From Dehalococcoidia bacterium (GTDB lineage Bacteria; Chloroflexota; Dehalococcoidia; SHYD01), in assembly GCA_009692945.1 (NCBI GenBank), contig SHYD01000003.1:15459-79458 (forward strand): a stretch of DNA of 64,000 nucleotides, read 5' to 3'. The notes under the pieces are model-generated. The model saw nothing but the letters and a program-made list of their open reading frames with translations, was not told where the DNA came from and ran no database searches. Below, in pieces: positions 18,595 through 27,181 of the stretch. Both the position numbers and the translations under genes were made by a program. The first letter of the stretch is position 1. Each line of letters starts with the position of its first letter.

Positions 18595-19932
18595 GTGGTG
18601 AGCCCTCTGCCGCCCCAGCCCACGGGCATTGCGGATTACTGTCACGAGCTATTGCCGTTTCTCGCCCCGTACGCCGAGATCGACCTGTTCGTTGACGATT
18701 ACGAGCCGTCCGATCCCCTGCTCAAGTGGAGCTTCCCCATTCGAAACTATCGGGACCTCCCTTGGCGGCACGCTGAGGGCCGGTATGATGCCGTGCTGTA
18801 CCAACTGGGAAACAGCCTGGTGCATCGGTACCAGTGGCCGCTGATTCACCGGATCCCCGGTTTCGTGGTACTGCACGACCTAGTGCTGCAGCACCTGGTG
18901 GCGGGTATGGCCATCGATCATAGGCGGCCCGGAGAGTACCTAAGAGCAATGGCCTACGCCCATCCGGGGGGCGGACTGCGCATGGGATGGGAGGTCATGA
19001 CCGGACAGCGCAGCATTCCCTTCACCGAGTCCCCTTTCTGCCAGAGCGTGGTCGACGTCAGCCTGGGGGTGCTGGTGCACAGCAGGTTCGTTGAACGAGC
19101 GGTGACCGCCCTTCAGCCCCGCGCCGCGGTGGGCTACGTGCCGATGGGGATACCGCTGCCCCAGTGGTCCGCTGCCAAGACCTCGGTACGGCGGGGCCTC
19201 GGCCTGCACCCAGATCGGTTCGTCGTAGCCTCGCTGGGCGAGGTGACCCAGCACAAGCGATTCGCTGAAGTGCTGGCGGCCCTGCGGCAATTGGCCGCCG
19301 CAGGGGCGGATTTCCAGTATGTGGTCATCGGTAACACTGCGGACTTCGACATCCGCCCTGACATTGCCGGCGCCGGACTGACCGACCGGGTGCGGATGAC
19401 TGGACGGGTGGATCGGGCAACGTTCGAGGGTTACCTTCAAGCAGCCGACGTCTGCATCAACCTGCGTTATCCCACCGCCGGGGAGACCTCGGCGTCGGCG
19501 CTGCGCAGCATGGCCGCGGGCCTGGCGGTGATCGTTTCTGATATCGGAGCCAACCAGGAGTTGCCGGAAGCCTGCTGCATCAAGCTGCCGGTGGGGGGCG
19601 ACGAGGTCCCGCTTCTGGCGGCCGCCCTGGGGTGGCTGAAGGACCATCCTGAAACCCGGTCTGCGCTCGGTCAGAATGCGCGGGCATTCGTGGCGCGGCG
19701 CCATACCCTCGAGGGCGCTGCCGCGGCCTATATCAACTTCATTCAAGATGTGCTCCATACGCCATGGCGTCCGCCGGTCGAGATCGAGCCGATGGCTCAT
19801 GAGCCCGATGTACAATACGTGCGTGATCTGGCGCGGGAGCTTCACGGCCTCGGGTTCCGCGCTGACGACCTCCCATACCTGACCGAATTTGCGGGCGGCA
19901 TCGCTCAGACGGGGATCGAGGTGACGGGATGA
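18595..19932 (+). CDS. Glycosyltransferase family 4 (GT-B)
   Basis: ORF 18415..19932 trimmed to the GTG at 18595 (VVSPLPPQPTGIADY), just after the upstream stop. Motif PTAGETSASALRSMAAGLAVIVSD. Confidence 0.8.
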   Translation: MVSPLPPQPTGIADYCHELLPFLAPYAEIDLFVDDYEPSDPLLKWSFPIRNYRDLPWRHAEGRYDAVLYQLGNSLVHRYQWPLIHRIPGFVVLHDLVLQHLVAGMAIDHRRPGEYLRAMAYAHPGGGLRMGWEVMTGQRSIPFTESPFCQSVVDVSLGVLVHSRFVERAVTALQPRAAVGYVPMGIPLPQWSAAKTSVRRGLGLHPDRFVVASLGEVTQHKRFAEVLAALRQLAAAGADFQYVVIGNTADFDIRPDIAGAGLTDRVRMTGRVDRATFEGYLQAADVCINLRYPTAGETSASALRSMAAGLAVIVSDIGANQELPEACCIKLPVGGDEVPLLAAALGWLKDHPETRSALGQNARAFVARRHTLEGAAAAYINFIQDVLHTPWRPPVEIEPMAHEPDVQYVRDLARELHGLGFRADDLPYLTEFAGGIAQTGIEVTG

Positions 19933-19963
19933 ATTGGACCGTGGTCCGGATGAGGAGGCCTGC

Positions 19964-20986
19964 ATGACCACCAGACCGTTGCGCCGGATGCGGTCCGATA
20001 CCGAGGCTGCGCCGGCGCTCCTTGCGTACTCTCTGATCATCCCGGTCTACAACGAGGCGGGGAATGTCATCCCGCTGTACGACGCCATCGTTCCCGTCAT
20101 GGAGCAGTTGGGAGACAGTTTTGAAGTCGTTTTTGTGGACGACGGCAGCCGGGACGACAGTTTCGCGGAGTTGGCCACCGTCGCCGCGCGCGATTCCCGC
20201 GTCCGCGTCGTGCAGTTCCGCCGCAATTTCGGGCAGACGCCCGCCATCGCCGCAGGAATCGACTACTCCCGCGGGGAAGTGCTGATCTTCCTGGATGCCG
20301 ACCTCCAGAACGACCCCACCGACATCCCCCGGTTGGTGGATGCACTGGCCGAGGGATACGACGTTGTCAGCGGTTGGCGCAAGGACCGCCACGACACCCT
20401 GGTGACCCGGAAGGTGCCTTCTTGGGCGGCGAATTGGCTGATCTCCACCATCACCGGGGTAAAACTGCGCGACTACGGGTGCAGTCTCAAGGCGTACCGG
20501 CGTGAGGTGCTGGTCCACGTCAACCTCTATGGGGAGATGCACCGGTTCATCCCGGCGTACGCCTCCTGGGTCGGCGCTGCGATCACGGAGATCCCCGTGC
20601 AGCACCACGCCCGGGTGAGAGGTAAGTCCAAGTACGGCCTCTCCCGCACGGTGAAGGTTATCCTGGACCTGCTGACCGCGAAATTTCTGGCGAGCTACGC
20701 CACCAAGCCGATCTATGTCTTCGGCGGCGTAGGCTTAACGCTGCTGGCCCTGGCGGTGGCCAGTCTGCTGATAGCGCTGGTGCAGAAGGTCACGATGGGG
20801 GTCTCGCTGATCCAGACCCCGCTGACCATGCTCTCCGCCATCCTGGGCGCCACCGGGTTCATCGCCATCCTGCAGGGGCTGAACGCCGAGGTCGCCATCC
20901 GTACCTATCATGAATCGCAACAGAAGCCGACCTATACGGTCAGACGGGTGCTCAACGGCGGCGATACCGGCGATCCCCCTCGCTAG
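19964..20986 (+). CDS. Glycosyltransferase family 2, polyprenyl-phosphate glycosyltransferase-like (GtrB/ArnC/Ppm1-type)
   Basis: ATG at 19964 follows GAGGAGG. Motifs IIPVYNEAGN, VFVDDGSRDDS and DADLQNDP (DXD), with two C-terminal TM helices. Confidence 0.85.
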   Translation: MTTRPLRRMRSDTEAAPALLAYSLIIPVYNEAGNVIPLYDAIVPVMEQLGDSFEVVFVDDGSRDDSFAELATVAARDSRVRVVQFRRNFGQTPAIAAGIDYSRGEVLIFLDADLQNDPTDIPRLVDALAEGYDVVSGWRKDRHDTLVTRKVPSWAANWLISTITGVKLRDYGCSLKAYRREVLVHVNLYGEMHRFIPAYASWVGAAITEIPVQHHARVRGKSKYGLSRTVKVILDLLTAKFLASYATKPIYVFGGVGLTLLALAVASLLIALVQKVTMGVSLIQTPLTMLSAILGATGFIAILQGLNAEVAIRTYHESQQKPTYTVRRVLNGGDTGDPPR

Positions 20987-21042
20987 CCGGGCGCCGTCTG
21001 AGGCCGTTCGGCAGCGCGTTGCCGTCCAGGGGAGTACGATTT

Positions 21043-21180
21043 CAGACTCGGGGTCGGACACGGGGGTGCAGGGGGCAAAGCCATCCTGCCGGGGGACTGG
21101 GGGTGTTCCCCCAGAAACAAAAACTTCTCTTTTTTCTCGGTGGATGGGGCAAACGGCCGGGACGCAGCCCCCCAAGACTG
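21043..21180 (-). repeat. Interspersed repeat, diverged subfamily copy with clear terminal inverted repeats
   Basis: Ends are CAGACTCGGGG ... CCCCCCAAGACTG. The core is CCGGGGGACTGGGGGTGTTCCCCCAGAAACAAAAACTTCTCTTTTTT. Partner copy at 8415-8557. Confidence 0.75.
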
Positions 21181-21265
21181 AGTAGTTACCCAGGGGACGG
21201 CCCCGCGATCCGTCATCGCCGGGCCGGGTAGAATGAAGGTAGTCCATTCTGCATAGGAGGTTCCC

Positions 21266-22105
21266 ATGTCGCCAATTCGTGTATTGCAGGCCGTGTGCGC
21301 CCTCTCCATTCTGACCGGCGGGGCCTTCGCGGTGCAGCCGCATCCGTTTCCGGCTAGCGCCGAGACACCGATGCCCAAACTGCTGAGCGTTTCGGCCTTT
21401 GGCCAGGTGATGGCCAAGCCGGACATGGCCACGGTTCACCTGGGGGTGCAGGCCGATGGGCCGACCGCCGCGGCCGCCATGCAGGCCAACGGCGAACGGA
21501 CGAATGCAATGGTCGGCCGGATCAGGGCCTTGGGGATCGAGGAAAAGGATCTCCAGACCACCGGGTTGAGCCTGTTTCCAGTGTATAACCATCCGGGGAT
21601 CATGGGAGAGGGCGCTGTGACTGCCGAGCCGGGCGACCAGCCTTCGCCGCCGCCGGTAAGTGTGACACCGATGCCGACACCGGCACCGGCGCGCCCTCCA
21701 GGGGCCCCCTTCGTTCCGGTTGTGGTCGCCTACCGGGCCGTGACCAACCTGACGGTGACCGTTCGGGACCTGAGCAAGGCGGTGTGGGTCATCGATGCCG
21801 GCGTCCAGTCCGGGGCGAACCTGGTGAGCGGGGTCAGTTTCGGGCTATCGAATCCCGAGGCGATGCGGGAAGACGCCATGCGCAAGGCCGTCCAGGCGGC
21901 CAAGGCCAACGTGCTGGCGCAGGAGGCTGGAGTCTCCATCGTGGGGGTTCAAAACCTGAGTGAAGGGGGCGGGTATCCCGGCCCCTTCACTCAGGTTGGG
22001 CCCTTCTTTGGCAAGGGGGGCGACGGCTCCTCCCCGGCCGTTCCCGTTGAACCCGGGCAACTCACGCTCACCTCTTCCGTCAGCATCTCCTACCTGATCT
22101 CGTAG
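21266..22105 (+). CDS. SIMPL (DUF541) domain secreted protein with a Pro-rich insert
   Basis: AGGAGG RBS, a signal peptide, and KPDMATVHLGVQADGPTAAAAMQANGERTNAMV...EEKDLQTTGLSLFP. Confidence 0.75.
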   Translation: MSPIRVLQAVCALSILTGGAFAVQPHPFPASAETPMPKLLSVSAFGQVMAKPDMATVHLGVQADGPTAAAAMQANGERTNAMVGRIRALGIEEKDLQTTGLSLFPVYNHPGIMGEGAVTAEPGDQPSPPPVSVTPMPTPAPARPPGAPFVPVVVAYRAVTNLTVTVRDLSKAVWVIDAGVQSGANLVSGVSFGLSNPEAMREDAMRKAVQAAKANVLAQEAGVSIVGVQNLSEGGGYPGPFTQVGPFFGKGGDGSSPAVPVEPGQLTLTSSVSISYLIS

Positions 22106-22109
22106 ATTC

Positions 22110-24035
22110 ATGTGTGGTATTGCCGGTGGCGCCAACCTCACTCAGGAGCGGCCCGTCGATGGGCCGCTTCTGAGTGCAATGCTGGGCACCTTGCGGCACC
22201 GCGGTCCCGACGACGAGGGCCAGTTCATCGACGCCCATGTGGCCCTGGGAACGCGGCGCCTGTCGATCATCGATGTCCAGGGCGGTCACCAACCCATCGG
22301 GAACGAGGATGGCTCGGTGTGGGTGGCCCTGAACGGCGAGATCTTCAACTTTCCGTCGTTGCGGGCCCAACTCGCCGATCGCGGCCACCGGTTCGCCACC
22401 CAGTCCGACACCGAAGTCATCGTCCACGGTTACGAGGAGTGGGGCGACGCGGTGGTCGAGCGGCTCAACGGGCAGTTTGCCTTTGCGCTGTGGGACAAGG
22501 GGAAGGAGCGGTTGCTGTTGGCCCGCGACCGGGTCGGCATCAAGCCGCTGTACTACTCCGAGCACCAGGGCGGCGTGGTTTTTGGCTCGGAACTCAAAGC
22601 GTTGTTGTGCTGCCCGTGGATTCCCCGGTCGCTGGACCTGGACGCGCTGGACCAATACCTGACCTACGAACATATCCCGGTCCCGCGCACCATCTTTCGA
22701 GCTATCAAGAAACTGGCCCCGGGCCACACGCTGATCCTCGATCGGCGCGGGGTGGAGCTCCGGCAATACTGGGATTTCGATCTCGCCCAGAGCGAATCCG
22801 GGCCGGTGCTCTCAGCGGCTGCTTGGGAGGAACGGTTCCGCTCGGCGCTGTGGGAAGCGGTCGAGATGGAGTTGATCAGCGACGTCCCGCTGGGGGTGTT
22901 CCTGAGCGGAGGGATCGATTCCAGCGCCATCGCCGCGTTGATGTCCCAACATAAAGGGCCTCGCGTCCAGAGCTTTTCCATTGCGTTCGACGACCCCTCA
23001 TTCGATGAATCGCAGCATGCCCGGTTGGTGGCCGAGCATCTGGGCACCGAACATCACGAGCAGACGCTGAGCGAGGCGATGATGTGGGACCTCGTGCCCC
23101 GCATCGCCGATTTCCTCGATGAGCCCATGGGGGACTCTTCGTTCATCCCCTGCTACCTGCTGGCGCGGTTTGCGCGGGAACGGGTGACGGTGGCGCTGGG
23201 GGGCGACGGTGGGGATGAGTTGCTGGCGGGGTACTCCACCATGCAGGCGCACCGCCTCGCCGGGCTCTACAACCGAGCCCCGGCGGGGTTGCGCGACGGC
23301 CTGATTGGGCCGTTGGTGCGGCGCCTGCCGGTGTCGCATGACAACCTGAGCCTGGACTTCCGGGCCAAGCGGTTCGTCGCCAGTGCCGCGCTGCCGCCGG
23401 TCGAGCGTCACCACCTCTGGCTGGGGTCGTTTTCGCCGCAGGAAAAGGTGGCGCTGCTGCGCCCTGAGGTCCGGTCTGAAGTGGACGGCGACACCTTTGC
23501 GGTCGCGCGGGGCCACTTCGAACATTGCGGCGCTGACGACCCGCTCAACCGGATTCTCTACACGGATCTCAAGTTGTACATGGATACCGATATCCTGACC
23601 AAGGTGGACCGGTCCAGCATGGCCAATTCGTTGGAAGCCCGCGTGCCTTTTCTCAATCAGGTGGTGCTGGAGGTGGCGGCGCAGATGCCGCTGGACATGA
23701 AGCTGCGCGGGTTCACCCGCAAGCACGTCCTGCGCCGGATCATGAAAGGCGTCCTGCCGGATCGGATCCTCAGCCGTCCCAAGAAGGGGTTCAACATTCC
23801 GGTGGCGAAGTGGTTCCGCAACGAGTTGAAGCCGCTGCTTCAGGACTCCCTTTCGGAGTCCAAGATCGTGGGCCAGGGGTTGTTCGAGCCGGCCGCGGTG
23901 AGCACGATGCTGGAGGAGCATTTCTCCGGGCGGCGGGACAATCGCAAGCACCTCTGGACGTTGTTGGTGTTCCAACTCTGGCACGACCGTTGGCTCGCGC
24001 CTTCGGCCCGTCCGGCCAAAGCAGCGTTGACATGA
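22110..24035 (+). CDS. asnB: Asparagine synthase (glutamine-hydrolysing) family amidotransferase
   Basis: N-terminal MCGIAGG (Cys2 nucleophile) and PP-loop FLSGGIDSSAIAALM. Its position in a glycan cluster suggests a sugar or peptide amidation role rather than Asn synthesis. Confidence 0.85.
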   Translation: MCGIAGGANLTQERPVDGPLLSAMLGTLRHRGPDDEGQFIDAHVALGTRRLSIIDVQGGHQPIGNEDGSVWVALNGEIFNFPSLRAQLADRGHRFATQSDTEVIVHGYEEWGDAVVERLNGQFAFALWDKGKERLLLARDRVGIKPLYYSEHQGGVVFGSELKALLCCPWIPRSLDLDALDQYLTYEHIPVPRTIFRAIKKLAPGHTLILDRRGVELRQYWDFDLAQSESGPVLSAAAWEERFRSALWEAVEMELISDVPLGVFLSGGIDSSAIAALMSQHKGPRVQSFSIAFDDPSFDESQHARLVAEHLGTEHHEQTLSEAMMWDLVPRIADFLDEPMGDSSFIPCYLLARFARERVTVALGGDGGDELLAGYSTMQAHRLAGLYNRAPAGLRDGLIGPLVRRLPVSHDNLSLDFRAKRFVASAALPPVERHHLWLGSFSPQEKVALLRPEVRSEVDGDTFAVARGHFEHCGADDPLNRILYTDLKLYMDTDILTKVDRSSMANSLEARVPFLNQVVLEVAAQMPLDMKLRGFTRKHVLRRIMKGVLPDRILSRPKKGFNIPVAKWFRNELKPLLQDSLSESKIVGQGLFEPAAVSTMLEEHFSGRRDNRKHLWTLLVFQLWHDRWLAPSARPAKAALT

Positions 24036-25051
24036 ACACCCGCGTTTTGGACTATCTGTGCTGCCTAGATTGCGGCGGTATCCTGAACTTGGGGGAGGGA
24101 ACGGCAGGACCGGAGGTGGAGTCGGGTGAACTCGTTTGCGGCGGGTGCGGCCGCCGTTACCCGGTGGTGCGGGGCATCCCCAGGCTGCTGCCGGATGAAC
24201 TGACGTTGGAGAAGCTGCGGACTGCCTCGGCCTTCGGCTGGGAATGGCAGGAGTTCGACTCGCTCCACGACGACAAGGAGACCTACCACCAACAGTTCCT
24301 GGACTGGGTGCACCCCATTGAACCGGATTTCTTTCGGGGGAAGGTGGTGCTGGACGGGGGTTGCGGCATGGGACGGTTTGCCGCCGCCGCCGCCGAATTC
24401 GGAGCGAGGGATGTGCTGGCCATCGATCTCAGCGACGCCGTGGAGGCAGCCTACCGCAACACCAGGCACCTCCCCAACGTTCACGTGATTCAGGCCGACA
24501 TCTACCGGCTGCCCTTCGGGCGTCCCGTAGACTTTGCCTTCAGCATTGGGGTGCTGCACCACCTGCCGGACCCCGAAGGCGGGTTCCAGAGTCTGGTCAC
24601 GCACCTCAAACCCGGCGGGTCCGTGTTTGCCTGGGTCTACGGACGGGAGAACAATGCTTGGATCGTCCACCTGGTCAATCCCATGCGTGAGCGCATCTTT
24701 TCGAGGCTGCCAAGGAAAGCGTTGTATGCGCTCTCCCTGGCCGCCACGGTGCTAGTGCACCCCGTGTTGAAACTCCTGTATCTCCCGGCCAACCGCTTCT
24801 CGTCGCTGCGTCCGCTGTCCAAGATGCTGCCTTACAACGGGTATCTCAGTTGGCTGGCCCAATTCGGGTTCCGGCACAACCACCACGTGATATTCGACCA
24901 CCTGGTGGCCCCCACCGCGTTCTATATAACTCGGGACGAGTTCAGGGCCTGGTTCAACAAGGCTTCGCTTTCCGAGCCGCGCATCTCTTGGCGGAATCAG
25001 AACAGTTGGCGGGGCTGGGCCGTCCTCGAACATGCGGATTCTCGCGCTTAA
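24032..25051 (+). CDS. Class I SAM-dependent methyltransferase with a Trm112-like zinc ribbon
   Basis: ATGA overlap with asnB. N-terminal CLDCGG...CGGCGRRYPVVRGIPRLL. SAM site VVLDGGCGMGRFA. Confidence 0.8.
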   Translation: MNTRVLDYLCCLDCGGILNLGEGTAGPEVESGELVCGGCGRRYPVVRGIPRLLPDELTLEKLRTASAFGWEWQEFDSLHDDKETYHQQFLDWVHPIEPDFFRGKVVLDGGCGMGRFAAAAAEFGARDVLAIDLSDAVEAAYRNTRHLPNVHVIQADIYRLPFGRPVDFAFSIGVLHHLPDPEGGFQSLVTHLKPGGSVFAWVYGRENNAWIVHLVNPMRERIFSRLPRKALYALSLAATVLVHPVLKLLYLPANRFSSLRPLSKMLPYNGYLSWLAQFGFRHNHHVIFDHLVAPTAFYITRDEFRAWFNKASLSEPRISWRNQNSWRGWAVLEHADSRA

Positions 25052-26201
25052 CTACGAGTACCCTCCCCTCGGCGGAGGCGCGGGCAACGCCACGGCCTAC
25101 ATCTGCCGGGAGTTGGTGGGATTGGGCTGCGAGGTGGCGGTCCTCACCTCGGGTTACCGCGGGTTGCCTGCCCAGGACTCGGTGGATGGCTATGAACTGC
25201 AGCGGGTTCCGGTGCTGCGTAAACGCCTCGACCAGAGCACGCCCTTGGAAATGGCCAGCTTCGTGCTCAGTGCCGCGGTACCGGCCCTGCAACTGGCGCG
25301 CCGGTTTCGGCCGGATGTCGTCCACGTGTATTTTGCGGTGCCCACCGGCCCGTTGGGCGTTTTGATAAAACGCCTCGTGGGAACGCCCTACCTGCTGTCG
25401 CTCCGGGGTGGCGATGTGCCGGGTTTCCTGCCGGACACCCTGGGGCGCCTGCACCGTCTGACCGCGCCCATCAACGGGCTGGTCTGGCGGGAGGCTGGTG
25501 CGGTGGTGGCGAACAGCGAGGGGCTGCAGCAACTCGCGCAGCGCGTGGCGGGAGCGCATCGGGTCCATATGGCGCCGAACGGGGTCGATCTGAAAACCTA
25601 CCACCCGGAACCAAGGCTCGATGATGGCGTGTTCAGGGCGTTGTTCGTGGGACGGCTGGTTGAGCAGAAGGGCGCCCGCTACCTGTTGGAGGCGGCGGCG
25701 CGACTCCGTACCGAGGTCGACCGGCCGATCGAGGTGGTGCTGGTCGGGGCCGGTCCGGAAGAGCCGGTGCTGCGGCGTCTCGCCTCAGCACTGGGGCTCG
25801 CCGAGGCCGTCCGGTTTGCGGGTTGGGCAAGCCGCAGCGACATGCCGGCCCACTACCGCAATGCGGACTGCTTTGTGTTCCCGTCGTTTGAAGAAGGGAT
25901 GTCCAACGCCGTGTTAGAGGCGATGGCGTCCGGCCTGCCCATCATCACCACCGATATTTACGGCAACCGTGACCTCTTCACCTCAGAAGGGCAGGGGTTC
26001 CTGGTGCCGACCGCCGATGCGGCCAGCATCGCTGCGGTGCTCCGCCGTTTGGTGGTCGAGCCAGCGTTGCGACGTACTGTTGGGGACCGGGCTCGGGCGC
26101 GTGCCGCCGAGTTCGGCTGGCAACACACCGCAGCATCGTATCTGGAGTTGAGCCGGATGATCACTCGATCCGGGGCCGGCGCAACCGCGATGGTGCGATG
26201 A
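25032..26201 (+). CDS. Glycosyltransferase family 4 (GT-B)
   Basis: MRILALNYEYPPLGGGAGNA and FPSFEEGMSNAVLEAMASGLPIITTD. Confidence 0.85.
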   Translation: MRILALNYEYPPLGGGAGNATAYICRELVGLGCEVAVLTSGYRGLPAQDSVDGYELQRVPVLRKRLDQSTPLEMASFVLSAAVPALQLARRFRPDVVHVYFAVPTGPLGVLIKRLVGTPYLLSLRGGDVPGFLPDTLGRLHRLTAPINGLVWREAGAVVANSEGLQQLAQRVAGAHRVHMAPNGVDLKTYHPEPRLDDGVFRALFVGRLVEQKGARYLLEAAARLRTEVDRPIEVVLVGAGPEEPVLRRLASALGLAEAVRFAGWASRSDMPAHYRNADCFVFPSFEEGMSNAVLEAMASGLPIITTDIYGNRDLFTSEGQGFLVPTADAASIAAVLRRLVVEPALRRTVGDRARARAAEFGWQHTAASYLELSRMITRSGAGATAMVR

Positions 26202-27157
26202 TGACCGCCGGGAAATGGTGGATGTTGGCGAAGGCGCTGGTCAGTGCCGCACTGCTAGCCCTGTTGGCGACCAAAGTTGATGCGGGACAGGCTGGGCAAG
26301 AACTCATGAGGGTCGAACCGGTTTGGGTCGGGTTGGCTGGCTTGGCGACGGTCGCCGCCTTTGTCGTGAACACGTTCAAATGGCGGTGGCTGTTGACGAC
26401 CTTGGGTGTGACTCCCCCTTTCCTCAGGCTGTTGCAGTTGAACTACGTGGGGATGTTCTACGGTATGGTATTGCCCGGGCAGGTCGGTGGCGAAGTGGTG
26501 AAGGCCATCCGGTTGACGCGCGATGGGGTACAGCCGGCCCAGTCGACGATCTCAATTGCGATGGACCGGCTCACCGGACTGGTGGGGCTCGGTGTGCTGG
26601 GGACGGGCGCGTTGCTGTTGGCGCCCGCGACGCCGTTCCGGGCGCAGTTTCTGGGACTGGGCGTCGCCATGGCGCTGGGCGGCGTGGTGCTGCTGCCCCT
26701 GTTACGCCGCCGCTCGGGGGAACTCCCCGGCAGAGCAGGTCCGAACTTCCTCCCGCTGGCAGCCCGAGGCTTCTTGGCTGACCTGCAACGCTATCGCGCC
26801 GGCAAGCATGATCTGGCGCTGGCGCTGGGTTGTTCGGTCGTGTGCCAGGCGTTGGTGGTGACGTCGAACTACCTGGTGGCCCTGAGCCTCGGAGTCGAAG
26901 TCACGCTGCCTGAGATCGGATGGATTGTGGCGTTCGTTTCTCTGATCAACCTGATGCCCATTGCGTTCGCCGGACTGGGGGTGCGGGAGGGGGCCTACAC
27001 CTTCCTCTTGGGCCTGTATGGGGTCCCGCTCACCAGCGGCCTCGCGGTTGCCCTGGTGGTGCTGCTGTTGATGCTGGCGCAGGCCGCGGCTGGCGGGGTC
27101 TGCGAGCTTATTCCGCTGCGGGCGCCCGCCCGGTTGACCCCGCAGTCGGGCGAATGA
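26198..27157 (+). CDS. UPF0104 / MprF-type flippase-like membrane protein
   Basis: 319 aa with about 8 TM helices. N-terminal KWWMLAKALVSAALLALLATKVD is typical of the lysylphosphatidylglycerol-synthase TM region family. Confidence 0.7.
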   Translation: MMTAGKWWMLAKALVSAALLALLATKVDAGQAGQELMRVEPVWVGLAGLATVAAFVVNTFKWRWLLTTLGVTPPFLRLLQLNYVGMFYGMVLPGQVGGEVVKAIRLTRDGVQPAQSTISIAMDRLTGLVGLGVLGTGALLLAPATPFRAQFLGLGVAMALGGVVLLPLLRRRSGELPGRAGPNFLPLAARGFLADLQRYRAGKHDLALALGCSVVCQALVVTSNYLVALSLGVEVTLPEIGWIVAFVSLINLMPIAFAGLGVREGAYTFLLGLYGVPLTSGLAVALVVLLLMLAQAAAGGVCELIPLRAPARLTPQSGE

Positions 27158-27181
27158 CCGCTCCCCTCGGATAGGGCTTTA

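Noticed and set aside
23810-24031. N-terminal extension of the Zn-ribbon methyltransferase ORF (413-aa form)
   Set aside because: The extension lies entirely within the asnB coding region in another frame. The ATG at 24032 gives an ATGA-coupled start directly before the zinc-ribbon motif.
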